In this document: positions 1 to 17,524 of the stretch, one piece after another | How positions within the stretch are numbered: position 1 is the stretch's first letter | How the letters are laid out: every line of letters starts with the position of its first letter | Origin: the human T2T-CHM13v2.0 reference genome, Homo sapiens | Direction: 5' to 3' (one strand) | DNA: 64,000 bases | Assembly: GCF_009914755.1 (NCBI RefSeq) | Contig: NC_060947.1 | Notes under the pieces: model-generated | The model's database searches: none | What the model was told of the DNA's origin: nothing | What the model saw: the letters and a program-made list of their open reading frames with translations, nothing else | Translations under genes and position numbers: made by a program

Positions 1-3637
<3,637 letters not shown>

Positions 3638-3673
3638 TTAGTTGATGCAGTTTCTTCCTAGTCTCAATGGTCT

Positions 3674-4435
3674 TTACATTTTGGCATGATTTTGCAGCGG
3701 CTGGTACCGGTTGTTCCTTTCCATGTTTAGCGCTTCCTTCAGGAGCTCTTTTAGGGCAGGCCTGGTGGTGACAAAATCTCTCAGCATTTGCTTGTCTATA
3801 AAGTATTTTATTTCTCCTTCACTTATGAAGCTTAGTTTGGCTGGATATGAGATTCTGGGTTGAAAATTCTTTTCTTTAAGAATGTTGAATATTGGCCCCC
3901 ACTCTCTTCTGGCTTGTAGGGTTTCTGCCGAGAGATCCGCTGTTAGTCTGATGGGCTTTCCTTTGAGGGTAACCCGACCTTTCTCTCTGGCTGCCCTTAA
4001 CATTTTTTCCTTCATTTCAACTTTGGTGAATCTGACAATTATGTGTCTTGGAGTTGCTCTTCTCGAGGAGTATCTTTGTGGCGTTCTCTGTATTTCCTGA
4101 ATCTGAACGTTGGCCTGCCTTGCTAGATTGGGGAAGTTCTCCTGGATAATATCCTGCAGAGTGTTTTCCAACTTGGTTCCATTCTCCCCATCACTTTCAG
4201 GTACACCAATCAGACGTAGATTTGGTCTTTTCACATAGTCCCATATTTCTTGGAGGCTTTGCTCATTTGTTTTTATTCTTTTTTCTCTAAACTTCCCTTC
4301 TCGCTTCATTTCATTCATTTCATCTTCCATTGCTGATACCCTTTCTTCCAGTTGATTGCATCGGCTCCTGAGGCTTCTGCATTCTTCACGTAGTTCTCGA
4401 GCCTTGGTTTTCAGCTCCGTCAGCTCCTTTAAGCA
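3674..4435 (-). pseudogene. L1 ORF1p, N-terminally truncated (about residue 86 to 338; no native ATG or 5'UTR)
   Basis: ORF 4330-3674 MEDEMNEMKREGKFREKR...YPAKLS...QNHAKM is the C-terminal 218 aa of ORF1p. Homology extends 105 nt further, to the truncation point. Confidence 0.93.
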
Positions 4436-4974
4436 AGAATAATTTAATCAATAATCTTACAAGTTCCTGATGAAAGACAATGAGTTTCATGAGAAGGGTA
4501 TCTTTTTCCTTCTGCAAGAATGGCATTTCTTTGCACCTGAAAATCAACTTGTAATCGGACTCCACCCGTGATAGTTAATACTTTCATCTTTCAGAAGGAA
4601 AAGTTTAATGAGAAAAATAAGGCAGAAGTCTTTAACTCACCCAGGTGCTATTTATTACTTATCTTATGTTTTTTAACCTTGAGGCAATTTTCTTAGCAAT
4701 TTCATTTCCAGCATGTCGTTAGAAAGATGATCTTATCACAGCTTCAATTCCATTATGCATAGGATTCTTGCAACAGGCACCAGCAGGTGTGCCTAGAGAG
4801 TGGTGCAGAGGAACCTAAACTATTCAGCAAAAACCTACAGGAAGAGCTGAGTGTTAACAGAAAACTCATTATGCCCTAATACTGAGAGCTTGCCATTTTA
4901 GAAATGCAACAAAGAAGCTCTTTTAAATAAGATTGTGCTTTGGAGGATGGTTGGATGCAAAGGTCAACTAGAGC

Positions 4975-5130
4975 AGGGTTCTCCAAATTTAGTAGGCATT
5001 TGCAATCACCTGAATGGCCCCACTTCCCAAGGTCCTGATTCCTTTAGGTCAAGGGCAGGACCCTAGAATCTGTATTTCTAACAAGTTTCCAGCTGAGCCT
5101 GATGCTGCTGACCACATTTTGAGAACCCCC
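4975..5130. mobile_element. MER5-family hAT-Charlie MITE
   Basis: CAGGGTTCTCCAAA start, GAATCTGTATTTCTAACAAG core, TTTGAGAACC end. Confidence 0.7.
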
Positions 5131-6666
5131 AAAGCAGGCGAATTCTTACGGCTCCTCAAAGAGGTAGGATCTACTCCTGATGTGCTAAATTTCTTTCCTC
5201 TCTGAAGTTTTCAAGTCCTGATTACAGTGGGGCAGAAATCTCCCACAGACCTACAAAATTATGTATCTTAATGTGTCTGTAGTTCTTTTGCGCATGAATG
5301 TTTGGTTATTGCCCCCGTTTCGATAACCTAGTTGGCTTAATCGTTGCTTTCACAATGTTGACATTTTATCTTACAGGAAGAATATTCTATGGTGTTTTTA
5401 TAGAGTCTCTGTGTTTGAGGAACCTCTTGGCATTCAGACTTACAAGGTTACTTTTGCTGTTGCACGACACAGAAAATTCACAAGAGTGGCTGGAACCCTC
5501 TTATCCATGGATACTTTCCTTCCTGGTGTCTTCTGCACACTTATAACAAACTGTCACGCTGTCTCCATCCCATTTAAAAACGTGATCCACAAACCATTTT
5601 CATTTTCAGCTTCATGAGTTCCATAATGATGGGCTCACCTTCCTGCCTATTAGCCATTCTCTCTTCTCAAAATAGTGATATTCTGTAGATTTTTTCCTAC
5701 AAAAATTCTAATGGGAGGTTTACGTTTCTTCTTGGCTTTCTTTGTATTGCTTCTCTATAATGTATGTACAACTTTAAAGCCAGAAAATTGCATGAACAGC
5801 AATGAATCATTTTTCAAGACTTTACAAGAAATACATCAATCTTTTATTTTATGGATTGCTTTGCTGAGATTTTAAAACTACCCTTTAGAAACCACAAACA
5901 GAAGAGGACTTATCTTTCCAAGTCTTTTTTTATTTCTTCCCAGGTTCTTCAAATGGCTCCTTATTGACTGGTTTCTAGGAAAATTCCTTCTCGAAGCGTC
6001 TTCTTTTTTACATATTCACCATCCTTCTTAATTGGCTCTGTCTTCACGTTCTCCCTCTGAAACACTTAAGAGCCCGAATTACTCAGCTTATTCATTTTCC
6101 CTCCAAAAGGCCACTAAAACACAAGGTTTCCTACTGACAATTCTCTGCAAACGTTAATATAATACTATCAATGCTTTCATGAACACAGTTCTTCATATTT
6201 TTAAAGCACTATTAAATGTTTTTATCTTGGGACAATGCCAAGAAATCTAGACTTGATTCACAATCGACTTTTCTTTTAAACATGAAACTCTTTAAAGCTA
6301 ATTCTTCTTATCTCCTTTATCACCACAATATTTTTATTTTTCCAAGTGGATTAGGTCCAATAATATAGAGTCAAAACTAATAGCTATTCCACCAGAAGAT
6401 GCCTTTATAAAGAGGTACCTTTGGAAATCTTCATTCGTAACCCAACATAAAGCCCTATTTTATTTTCTTAACTTGGAATTGTTGATGCTTTTGCAGTATG
6501 TCCCAATTTTTAAATTTTTGCTATCAGCTTTTCTCATTTTTATTCAGACTTCAGGTGCAATAATGCCGTTTTATTTTTCATATTGGAAAGCCCTGCACAT
6601 TTGATAATTGAGTACATGAATCTTTCCAATTAATTAGAATATGGATTCCAATAAAAATAAATTAGT

Positions 6667-6935
6667 TTTTATTTTATTTTAAATCAATTAACTTATTTTT
6701 GTTGACATATAATAGTTGTACATATTTGGGGGGTACATGTGATATTTTGGTACCTGTATACAATGCTTAATGATCAAGTTAGGGTGATTGGGGTATCCAT
6801 CACCTCAAACATTTATCTTTTCTTTGTGCTGGGAACATTCTAATTCTAGTTATTTTGAAATATATAATAAATTATTATTAACTATAATCCTTCTACCATA
6901 CTATCGAACAGTAGAACTTATTCTTTCTTTCTAAC
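6667..6935 (-). mobile_element. Old L1MA-type 3' end fragment
   Basis: T-rich tail then GTACATATTTGGGGGGTACATGTGATATTTT...CATCACCTCAAACATTTATC, typical of antisense L1MA 3'UTR. Confidence 0.75.
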
Positions 6936-7014
6936 TAGTACAGTTTTTAGAAGTTTCCTTCTCTATATGATGGAGAGAAAACTAGGATGGAGAGGACTTC
7001 ACTCCACAAAGATT

Positions 7015-7135
7015 CAGAAGTTCTGGGTTCTGATCATGGCCTTGGTACTGACCACCTATGGGGATTTGGAGCGAATCCTAAAAAGTTCGCCTGATGCTGG
7101 TTTTTTTCCACTACAAAATGGTGATAAGAAGTTTT
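7015..7135. mobile_element. MIR fragment
   Basis: CTGGGTTCTGATC...TTTTTCCACTACAAAATGGTGATAA resembles the MIR core. Confidence 0.45.
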
Positions 7136-8479
7136 TTCTTTAACTGTATAATAATTTCTTAGGAAATGAGACTATCACTGGATAAGACTGTAGATCCTAA
7201 GATGTCATATGATGACAAACTGGGTTTTGTAGTTTGCCTAGGGCACATTCTTACCTATCCCAGCAAAAGTCCTGATTCCGGCCATGTTTGAAGAATGATA
7301 GAACCATTAGAGTATCCATTCATATATCTCTTTGATGTATAAAATTTCCCACGCTCCCTGTTCAGTCTTGATAGTGTAGGAAAACGTGTCTGCTTTTTCT
7401 TCTGAATTCCACGCTTTTGAATCACTGTCTGGCTTTACATTCTCTTATGAACTCCAGTAAGTGGGTAAAACAAACATTCATGGGAATGTTCAAATGGATT
7501 TATTGATTTATCATCTCAGCGATGCTCAAGGCCAACGCTCTATCCTAAAGCAACAACTATTTGGGACAAGACAAGTCAACATTTTAGCACAATCCAAAAA
7601 CAGCTTCATTATTTTTTTAGGTTCAATGCGCAGACATTGAATTCACAGCATAAGATGGGATTCAGTTGAGATCAAGGAAGTTTAGATGGCAGTGAATATC
7701 AGATGTGGTCCAGTGCTAAGGTTGTATTAGAAAGAGATAGTAGGATTGCAGAAGTCCAAATGTGCTTATGAATGATAGAGTTTCCATAGCACCCAGGTGT
7801 ACAGAGTCATGTATTTTGAAACTCTAAAATTAATTAGAGATGTATAAGGAAAAAATGAGAAACCTTAAATCTATCCATGCCACTTACTTGACGTATGAAT
7901 GTATTCATCTACTTGGTTCTATTAAGAGTTTTTGTCAAGGATCTTAAATTTTCCTCTTCCCAGAGAGCGGTTTCACAATCTTGTATTCTCAGAGAGTCAA
8001 ACACCTCATTCTTCTTAACGGGCTCATTAAGCCCCTTTAGCATTCCTTGATAAAATATGTTACTGCCTTGCAGTTTCTATCATAATTAGCCATTAGGGAT
8101 ATCTTGGGTAGCTGTAAATATTCAAAGGCAACACTGCACCTATGAACTGTATTTTGAAGAATACCAGAAGGTATATGGGTAATAAAAAGAATATATAAAG
8201 CTCTCTAATGTAAATCACCCTCTTAGTGGCATACAAAAACCAATTTTTAATTAGATTAAAGTCTGAGATTCAAAGCCATGATTCCTTGAACAATGGACCT
8301 GCTTTTCTTTGCCTCAGCACATTCTAATGGGAAATCCCTATATTTCGATTTATTTTGTCAATTTGGTTGCACTGTTGATTATTATTATTTTTAAACTCAA
8401 GAGTAGAGTGGGTAATGATTAACTGAATGCAGGGAATAAAAGCATAATTGTGGATGGATATGAGTAGTGTAGGATGGAC

Positions 8480-8543
8480 CTATTGTTGGGAATAATTTTT
8501 ACTCTAATACTCTATTATTGGGGATAATTTTTACTCTAATACT
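8480..8543. repeat. Direct tandem duplication, 2 x 32 bp
   Basis: CTATTGTTGGGAATAATTTTTACTCTAATACT / CTATTATTGGGGATAATTTTTACTCTAATACT (30/32 identical). Confidence 0.85.
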
Positions 8544-9258
8544 GAAATCACTCAAAGAACTCATGGATTTCATTTAAATTCTGTAGAATAATAGAATGAG
8601 AAAAATTTGGCTGCTGACATGGCATTAATATTGTGAATATACCCTTAAAGGAAAATGGCTCATTTAAGCAAAAGTGGGTATATTTGGAAATCAGAATGTA
8701 GGAATGCAATTTTGAAAACCATCATGGACACTCCATTACTAACAGACAGCTTTCCATCCACTCATACCTCACATTAAAGAGAATTAAGTGTAGGAAAAGA
8801 AGTTCACAGTAAAACCCAACAATTCAAGTACATAATCTATGTATTATGGGAAGTTTAACCTGGCAAAAGTATCCTTTAATTGGGTGCACATCAAAATATT
8901 CAAGAGCAAATCAATAATGACCCACTTATGATTACATCACAAAGCTATCAGTTTTTCTTCAGATGGTCTATTGATAGAATAGATTTACACAATGGAGTAG
9001 TGATAAATAATAAATTACAGCGAAATATTCCAACCTAAAGCAATTTACAAGCATAACGTTAAATTTTTTTAAGAAAGTCAAAGAAAAATTGGTCCAGTCC
9101 GATCATATTTATCATAATATCAAAACATGAAAAGTAGAATGACATAAAATATTACTAATATATTCGATGTATCTATATGCAAATATGCAAATATATTTAA
9201 AACAATATGGAATATAGATAAATATGTATGTGACCAAAATATAAATAAACCTAAAAAA

Positions 9259-9566
9259 GGCCAGGGGTGGTGGCTCATGCCTATAATCCCAGTGCTTTTG
9301 GAGGCTGAAGAGGGAGGATACTTGAGGCCAGGAGATCGAGACCAAGCTAGGCAACGTAGTCAGACTCCACGTCTACAAAAATAAAAATAAAAACAATTAT
9401 CTGGGTGCAGCGGTACACACCTGCAGTCTCAGCTACCTGGTGGCTCAGGTGGGAGGGTCGCTTGAGCTCAGAGGTTGGAGGCTGCAGTGGGCCGTGACTA
9501 TACCACTGCCCTCTAGCCAGGGTGACTGAGAAAGACCCTGTCACCTCCTCCACCAAAACAAAAAAA
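9259..9566 (+). mobile_element. AluJ
   Basis: GGCCAGGGGTGGTGGCTCATGCC start, dimeric structure, J-type GCTTGAGCTCAG/GAGGCTGCAGT, high divergence. Confidence 0.88.
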
Positions 9567-10022
9567 CATGAAAAGCAAATTACTTAATCAGAAGCAGTTC
9601 TCTGACCAGAACGTGCTACTTCCAGGGGACTTGAATAGAAGTGGTGGTATCTACCTAAATGAATTCAAGGCAGAAGAAGGGAAGGTAACAAAAACTGTCC
9701 CTAAGGCAAGAAATGGGAGAACATAAAAAGACAGATTTCTTGTAGAGCAAATTGAATGCAGTGAGATGAGTGGAAGTCATAGCAAACAAGTATCAAGAAG
9801 GAAGACAGAAAAAATGTTCTTCAGTGAGGATAACAACTTTGTAGGTTGCTATGGAGCTCATACTGACATAAGCAAAACATAGGCCTGGGTTATTTTGTTT
9901 AGAGTTTTTTTTTAAAAAAAAAGATTGTTGGTAGAAATGTGTGTGCTCATCAATATAAAAGGTGGATTAAAACACCTCGGATATGTGATCATGTTATAAT
10001 TGTCAATAGTATGTAAGGATGA

Positions 10023-10409
10023 TGTATTAGTCCATTTTCAGGCTGCTAATAAAGACATTCCCAAGACTGGATAATTTATAAAGGAAAGAGGTTTAATTGC
10101 CTCACAGTTCAGCATGTCTGGGGAGGCCTTGGGAAACTTACAATCATGATGGAAAGTGAAGGAGAAATGGTCATCTTCTTCTCAAAGTGGCAGGAAGGAG
10201 AATGAATGCAGGAAGAACTACAAAACAGTTATAAAACCATCAGATGTTGTGAGAACTCACTCAGTATCACGTGAACAGCATGGGGGAAACTGCCCTATGA
10301 TCCAACCACTTCCACTTGGTCTCTCCCTTGACACATGGGAGTAATGGGGATTATGGAAATTATAATTCAAGATGAGATTCGAGTGGGGACACAAAGCCTA
10401 ACCATATCA
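10023..10409 (-). mobile_element. THE1D-like MaLR solo LTR
   Basis: TGTATTAGTCC...AAAGCCTAACCATATCA termini; TSD GATGA/GATGG. Confidence 0.88.
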
Positions 10410-10669
10410 GATGGTAACTGTAAAAAAAAGAAAATCCAGCATGCTCTAAAAAAGCCATACCTGATAATTGTTCTAAGAGACTAACATTATAAAATATAAT
10501 CCTGATGTGCATCCTTTACACCTCTGGAAGATTATATTTTATGATTTTAGATTTTTAGAACTAAATTATAACATTACAAAACAGTTGAGAAGTATAGTCA
10601 CAGAAAAAGTCATTAATCCAGCAAAATTTCTGTCAAAAAAAATGGAATTGGGGCATGGAAACATTGAGG

Positions 10670-11543
10670 CCCAAAAAGTTAAACATAGAATTACCATATG
10701 TTACCCAGAAACTCCAGCCCTACGTGTATACCCAAGAGACATAAAAGCAGAAACTGAAACAGGGATTAGCAGCATTATTCACAATGATCAAAAAGTGAAA
10801 ACAACCCAAATCTCTATCAACAGATGAATGGATAAACAAGTTGTGGTCTATTCATACAATAGAATATTATTCAGCCTTAAAAAGGAATGCAGTACTGATG
10901 CACGCAGCAACGTGAATGAGCCCTGAAAACACCAAGCTCAGTGAAAGAAGCCAGACACAAAAGGCCACATATTAGGTGATTCCACTTCTATTAATCACAT
11001 GGAGAGACCCATAGAGACAGAAAGTAGATTAGTAGTTGTCAGGAGCTGGGTGTGAGGATGGGGTGGGAGGAGTGACTGCTGCATGGATACGGGGTTCCTT
11101 TTTCTTTTTGAGACAGAGTCTTGCTCTGTCACCCAGGCTGGAGTGCAGTGGCACACTCTTGCTCACTGCAACCTCCACCTCCCGGGTTCAAGTGATTCTC
11201 ATGCCTCAGCCTCCTGAGTAGCTGGGATGACAGGTGTGTGCCACCATGCCTGGCTACTTTCTGTAATTTTAGTCGAGACGGGGTTTCACCATGTTGGCCA
11301 GGCTGATCTGGAATTCCTAGACTCAGGTGATCCACCTGCCTTGGCCTCCCAGAGTGCTGGGATTACAGATGTGAGCCACCAAACCTGTTCTGGGGTTTCT
11401 TTTTAAGGTGATGAAAATATTTAGGAACCAGATACAGGTGATGGTTGCCTGACATTGTGAACACATTAAAAGTCACAGAATTTTACACTATAAAATGGTT
11501 AATCTTATGTTATGTGAATTTTATCTCCATCAAAAAAAAAAAA
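10670..11543 (+). mobile_element. L1MB-type 3' end, interrupted by an Alu
   Basis: AAAAAGTTAAACATAGAATTACCATATG...AAAGAAGCCAGACACAAAAGGCCACAT...TTATGTTATGTGAATTTTATCTC plus A tail. Confidence 0.82.
11100..11387 (-). mobile_element. Alu (AluS/Jb-like) inserted in L1MB
   Basis: Full antisense Alu; flanking GGGGTTCCTTTTT / GGGGTTTCTTTTT is a probable TSD. Confidence 0.9.
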
Positions 11544-11749
11544 AGAATGAAGCTCTTCTCTGCAATAAAAATAGTCTGAAACAGAACCCGGTAAACTGGG
11601 TAGCATATAAGGAATGTAGGTAAATGTCTGTAGAACTTTTTTAAAAAATCTCTAAGACAAACAAAGGAAAAAGAATGTATGCCCCACTTTTAAAATGCCA
11701 GAGAGTTGCAGGATGTTTTTTTCTTAATAATTTAAGCCTTATTTATTAT

Positions 11750-12480
11750 TTAGCACTTTGTTTGAAGATAACTATAGACTTTCCAAAAAGTTTCCAAAAT
11801 AGTACAGAGAGTTCTGCTCACCCTTCAGAATGTTTTTCTAATGTTAATGTTTTTTGTCATCATAGTACAATTATAAAACCAGGTACTTATCATTGATAGA
11901 ATGCTGTTAACTGAACTACAGATCTAAGTAAAATTCTGACAGTTTTACCCCTAGTGTTCTGTATTAGTCCGTTTTCACACTGCTGTGAAGAGACTACCTG
12001 AGACTGGGTAATCTATAAAGAAAGGAGGTTTAATTGACTTATAATTCTGCATGGCTGGGAAGGCCTCAAGAAACTTACAATTATGGAAGAAGGGGAAGCA
12101 AGGCATGTCTTACATGGCAGCAGGAGACAGGGCAGAGAAAACTGCCATTTTTAAAGCCATCAGATTTTGTGAGAACTCCCCCACTATCATGAGAATAGCA
12201 TCGTCCAATCACCCCCATGATCCAATCACCACCCGCCAAGTCCCTCCCTCAACACGTGGGGATTATAATTCGAGATGAGATTTGGATGGGGACACAGAGC
12301 CAAAATATATCATGTACTCTTTATGGACCAGGAGCCAATCCAGGATTGCACATTGTATTTAATTGTCATAGCTCCATATTCTCCTCCAATCAGTGACATT
12401 TTCTCACTTTTTTCCTTGCATTTTATGACCTTGATGCTTTTGAAGAGCCATCGTCAGTTATTTTGTATCTTGTCTGTGGG
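11750..12480 (-). mobile_element. L1MC-type fragment split by an MST LTR
   Basis: AATAGTACAGAGAGTTC...AACTACAGA and CAGGAGCCAATCCAGGATTGCACATTG...TTTATGACCTTGATGCTTTTGAAGAG. Confidence 0.6.
11960..12312 (-). mobile_element. MSTA-like MaLR solo LTR
   Basis: TGTATTAGTCCGTTTTCACACTGC...GACACAGAGCCAAAATATATCA; TSD TGTTC/TGTAC. Confidence 0.87.
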
Positions 12481-13973
12481 ACAGTTTTAAAAGATCTAAA
12501 GATCTCAAAGGAAGAAATTAAGTATTTAGAGATAAACATACTCATCTGAGAAATGTTCGGCACGGGAATAAGCAGAAATAAATGGCAAAAAAAAATCGGA
12601 TTCTCAAAAATTATGAACACCAATTCTTTAAATGATACGGAGTCAAGCTGCAGACATGAACAAGGTCTCTACAAAATGGCAGAAGTGCAAGAAGTTCATA
12701 TAGTGAATGGAAATTAACAGGGAGGATGGGGAAAAGAAAGATTTGGCAAATGTGATGCTATGCTGACCATTTGCAGCGGGTGAGGGATGAGGCTGTCTAG
12801 AGTAGTTTAGATGTAGCTCTTAGCCTATCAGCATCTCACCATGGTGGCATGACAAGGCCACCCTTATCATGGCCCTGCTTTGCTTGTTACTATATCAAGT
12901 GTTACTTAAACTCAAGCTTCTCAAAGATTGGGAACACCCACTCCCCCTATGCCCTCGCTCCCTGTCCCCTAACTCTTGACTTTAATTTCTGTATTTGTAT
13001 TATCTCCTTGAGGATCATCTCCCCTCAATAAATTGTTGGCCCTCAATTGTCTCTGAGCTCAATTCTCCCTCATGGTATACTCTTTACCGATGTTATTTTA
13101 TCACTGAATATTTTCAGCTTCTTCTATGAATATCCTTTAAATCTGCCGTATCTGTCTAACACAAATCCAACTTATTTTGGAGTAGAAGACAATTGCTACA
13201 AATCATGAGACAATTTTCCCTTATTTCATTATACCAAGCTCCTTTATTGACATGTTCTTATAGTGCATTTATTTTAACTTGAATGTGCTCTGATTCACAC
13301 CCCATTTCTATTACCTATAACTCTTGCTTGTATTACTGATGTGCTTAGGCATGACCAGTCATTTCTCAAAGAAGATATTTGCAGGTTGATTATTTTTGTC
13401 TCAATGTATACTTGCCAATAACATATGCTGTGCTTCTAGCTCCATCAGGGTACTTCTGTATTAGATGACATTCTTCAAGGGATTAATGGCCATTTTTCAT
13501 TCTTTATCAGTTGTACCTTCAGAGTTCAAATTGATCACCTTAGGCTTTGACGTAAATCATTCAACATCCTATGAGAAAGCTTAGGAATCCTCAAGACAGT
13601 GGTAGTTTCAAAGACATCCCACATGTTACTTCTCCTTTCAAATCAATTATTTAAAATTTCCTGGTAAAATAAATGTACAGAGAAAGTAGAGCGAAATGTG
13701 AAAATCTCCCATAGTCTTCAATTGTATACAACGGATGTCCCATTGGTCAAGAACCCTGGCTCACACCAAAATTTGGTCTGGACAAATTTTACCAAGAGAA
13801 ACTATTTCCAAACAGTTCCCAGGATGAGACTGTATGGTATAGTTCAGTTTTCTATTTCTTTACATGGTCTTCCCTTGTGCTAGGTTCTTGCAGGCAAGGA
13901 TGGTTGCTAAAGATACTCGGAAGAGTCATTATCATCAAGGACAGTAGAAAGTGCTCTTGAAAAAGCACTTTTA

Positions 13974-14100
13974 GGTTGGGCATGGTGGCTAACATCTGTA
14001 ATCCCAGCACTTTGGGAGGCTGAGGCAGGAAGATCCCTTGAGCCAAAAAGTTTAAGACCAGCCTAAACAACACAGCAAGACCCCATCTCTACCAAAAAAA
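13974..14100 (+). mobile_element. Alu left monomer (FLAM-like)
   Basis: GGTTGGGCATGGTGGCT...GACCCCATCTCTACCAAAAAAA, single monomer. Confidence 0.82.
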
Positions 14101-15689
14101 GATGTACTTTTATAGTACATACTGCTCCAAAAATGTAGAGGAAAGCTCATTTTATGTTCATAACATTGTGTGGTATGAAGAAGCATTTACCTTCTAGCAG
14201 AGTTTTTGATTAGTGTTTTTACTTGATCCATAAAGAAATTACCGGGCAGAGGTGTAACCTTCTTCTTTTCTTTTCCCACTCACATCTGAGATGACATAGA
14301 CAAGAAGAAAGAGAAATTTTAACATATAAAATAAAATCTCCTTCCCTCTCCCCCTACTCTGCAAAGAAATCCTTTGTATTTTCAGGAAAACCCTCATGTT
14401 TAAATGACTATAATGGTTTAGTTCCCCAATGCTGAGGGATTTTAAAATTTGAACTAAGATAGCCTTTTAGCATAGAAGGTTTGAAAATTCATACCTGACA
14501 ATATCTCATCAATTTACAGAAAAGACTGCCTCTGGGAGAATATCATAATCTTCCAAGATTTATATGGAGCTGAAAGCACCTTGTCTATGAAATTTCCTAT
14601 AATATACCGAAACATGATTAAAAATGTGGATCTAAAAATGGAATTGCAGAGCATGCAGCATTGGGGAAAGGGATGGTGATAAATATAAAAATATTGGGGT
14701 GGAAAATAGTTTTACCATGTCTACAATCAGCACCAAAATATCACTTGTACTAAAGTAATAGAATGAGATGGGTTACAAAAAGCATGTTTTTATTGCAATA
14801 TAGGTGCAAAACATTTGAAAAGGAGAGGCTTTTTTAAAATCCAGCTTCATTTGGAGTATATCTTTGATACACAGCCATTGAGTCAATCTCTCTAGACCAT
14901 TCAAAATGAGAATATCCAATGCACAAACGTAAATGTGCCCAATTTCCTAATCTCCTGTAAATACTATCACTTCCCTGAGAGCTACTGGACTTTGGAAGGG
15001 TGGATTGATTCCTCTGTCTCATCACAACGTTGGGGGAAAATGTTGTGACTCCAGTGTGGATATCCTATTTATCTCCCGTTGGGAAAGAAGTATTTACATG
15101 TATTATGATGCTTTGAAATGAGATTTAGAATGGTTAGAGGAAAATATAGTGCCTGGGTTCCAGCCACTGGGCAGACAGATTACCATAGTGCTGTGTGAGT
15201 AACACTTTATAAATGCATTTGTCACACAGGAGCAGTGTCACATGAAATCTGATTCATTGCATGTAATGGATTAGGTGAAATTCACTTAGATTTTTAGCAA
15301 TGTGTGTAAAATAACTAACTTAACCTATCTGCAAACCGTATTTTATCTTTCAAATCTTGTAAGTGCTCTCTGGGACTACACAATGAATAGGCAGTTATAT
15401 TTCAACAGGTATCGTAAGGAACATCAGTCTCCTACCAGAAATCATCATGAAACCAGCCCATTCAGGCTGTTTGCTTTACATAGAAAAATGTGTATGACCA
15501 TACATATTATAGAATTATTCACTCATATGCATGTGGTCTTGTGTCAAAAAAGTTGTCCCTTATTGAGGCAGATGTTCTGGCTAGGAAAATATCTAAACCA
15601 AAAGGTCTGAATATTTGATTAACTGATGGTCCTTAAGGCTTAATGCCATATTTTGCTTCTTAAGATTTACTGAGAATGTCATCATTGCA

Positions 15690-16172
15690 TCTTTCTTCAT
15701 CTGTCCGGGCTGCTGTTGTAGAATACCCTACCTAGCCTGGGTGAATTTTAAAAACCAATGTATTTCTTACAGTTCTGGAGGCTGAGACATCTGAGATCAG
15801 GGTGCTGCCATGCTCAGGTTCTGGCAAGGGGCTTCTGTCCAGTTTGTAGACAGCCACCTTCTTTCTCACTGTATCCTCACATGGCCAAGGGGGAGAGAGA
15901 AAGAGAAAGAGGGAAAGAGAAGGGGAAAGAGGGAAAGAGAAAGAGAAAGGGAAAAAGAGAAAGAGAGAAGGAGAAAGAGAAAGACAGAGAGAGAGAGAGA
16001 GACAGAGAAAGCTCCCGTTTCTCTTCTTAAAAGTACACTAATTCCGTCAAGGGCTACACCCTCATGATCTGATCACCTCCAAAGGTCCCCAATCTCCTAA
16101 TCTCATCACACTGGGGATTGGGGTTTCGACATATGCATGCTAGAGGAACACAAACACTCAGTCTATAGGAGC
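15690..16172 (-). mobile_element. MLT1A-like MaLR LTR with an internal GA-rich microsatellite (15888-16010)
   Basis: CTTACAGTTCTGGAGGCTG...CCCTCATGATCTGATCACCTCC...AAACACTCAGTCTATAG. Confidence 0.75.
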
Positions 16173-16832
16173 ATCTGCATTTCCTTTTGGGAGAATTGTC
16201 TCCTTTTCATTGTGTGAAATTGAGTGCTAAGGTAGACCAAGTCAACTGTCTCCATTTTAGAAAGCCCAATGGGACAAATGTGGTCTCTGTCCAAGAAGCA
16301 GGCATTTGACTTAAGTCTCCCTAGTCAGGGCATTGCCTCTTGTGCAAGGGACGAGCATGGGATGGATGGCCCTTGCCTAATTGCTGCAGACTGGTGTGAT
16401 AACGAATGGCTTCCAGGAGCCTCTAGAATCAAGATCAGAGATCAAGTGCATATCTGTGTATGCACTTGATCCCAAGTGTTTATCTCCACACTCAAGTGGA
16501 TTTTGTATCTCTTTCCAATGTATTTCTCCCAATTCCAAAATGAGCTTCGATTGCCTTGGACTAAAACCCACAGTGATATAGATGTTTCCCCAGTGGAAGG
16601 TGTGTGACAGGAGGTAGGAATAAACATTTGAAATTAAGTTTCATATTATTTATCTCATGAGTATCAATTTCATCCACAAAAAATGACTACAAAGGCAACC
16701 TTTATAAGGAATTAAGTAACTCATTCTCATTTTGTACTTTAAGACTGTGACTATATCCAGAAAAACCACTGGACTAAATGCTAAATTGTGTCAGTTTTTT
16801 TAAAAGTAAAGTTTAACCTTGATTTAACATAA

Positions 16833-17045
<213 letters not shown>

Positions 17046-17100
17046 AAAGTAAATTTTGACATGAAGACTGCTGTTTAGTTGTGTGATATTATTATATATA

Positions 17101-17447
17101 TGCATTAGTCTTTTTTTCTCACTACTGATAAAGACATACCTGAGACTGGGAAGAAAAAGAGGTTTAATGGACTTACAGTTCCACATGGCTGGGGAGGCCT
17201 CACAATCATGGTGGAAGGCAAGGAGGAGCAAGTCACGTCTTACATGGATGGTGGCAGGCAAAGAGAGAGCTTGTGCGGGGAAACTCCCCTTTTTAAAACC
17301 ATCAGATCTTGTGAGGCTTATTTGCTATCACGAGAACAGCACAGGAAAGACCTGCCCCCACGATTCAATTACCTCTTACCAGATTCCTCCCACAACATGT
17401 GGGAATTCAAGATGAGATTTGGGTGGGGACATAGCCAAAGCATATCT
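17101..17447 (-). mobile_element. THE1A/B-like MaLR solo LTR
   Basis: GGAGGAGCAAGTCACGTCTTACATGGATGG and GATGAGATTTGGGTGGGGAC motifs. Confidence 0.88.
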
Positions 17448-17485
17448 ATCTGTATCTATATCTACATGTGTCGATCTAATCTGTC

Positions 17486-17486
<1 letters not shown>

Positions 17487-17524
<38 letters not shown>
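17487..17524. repeat. (TCTA)9 / GATA tetranucleotide STR
   Basis: Directly visible. Confidence 0.95.

Noticed and set aside
15758-16067. Charged K/E/R-rich ORFs
   Set aside because: Translation of a GA-rich microsatellite inside an MLT1 LTR.
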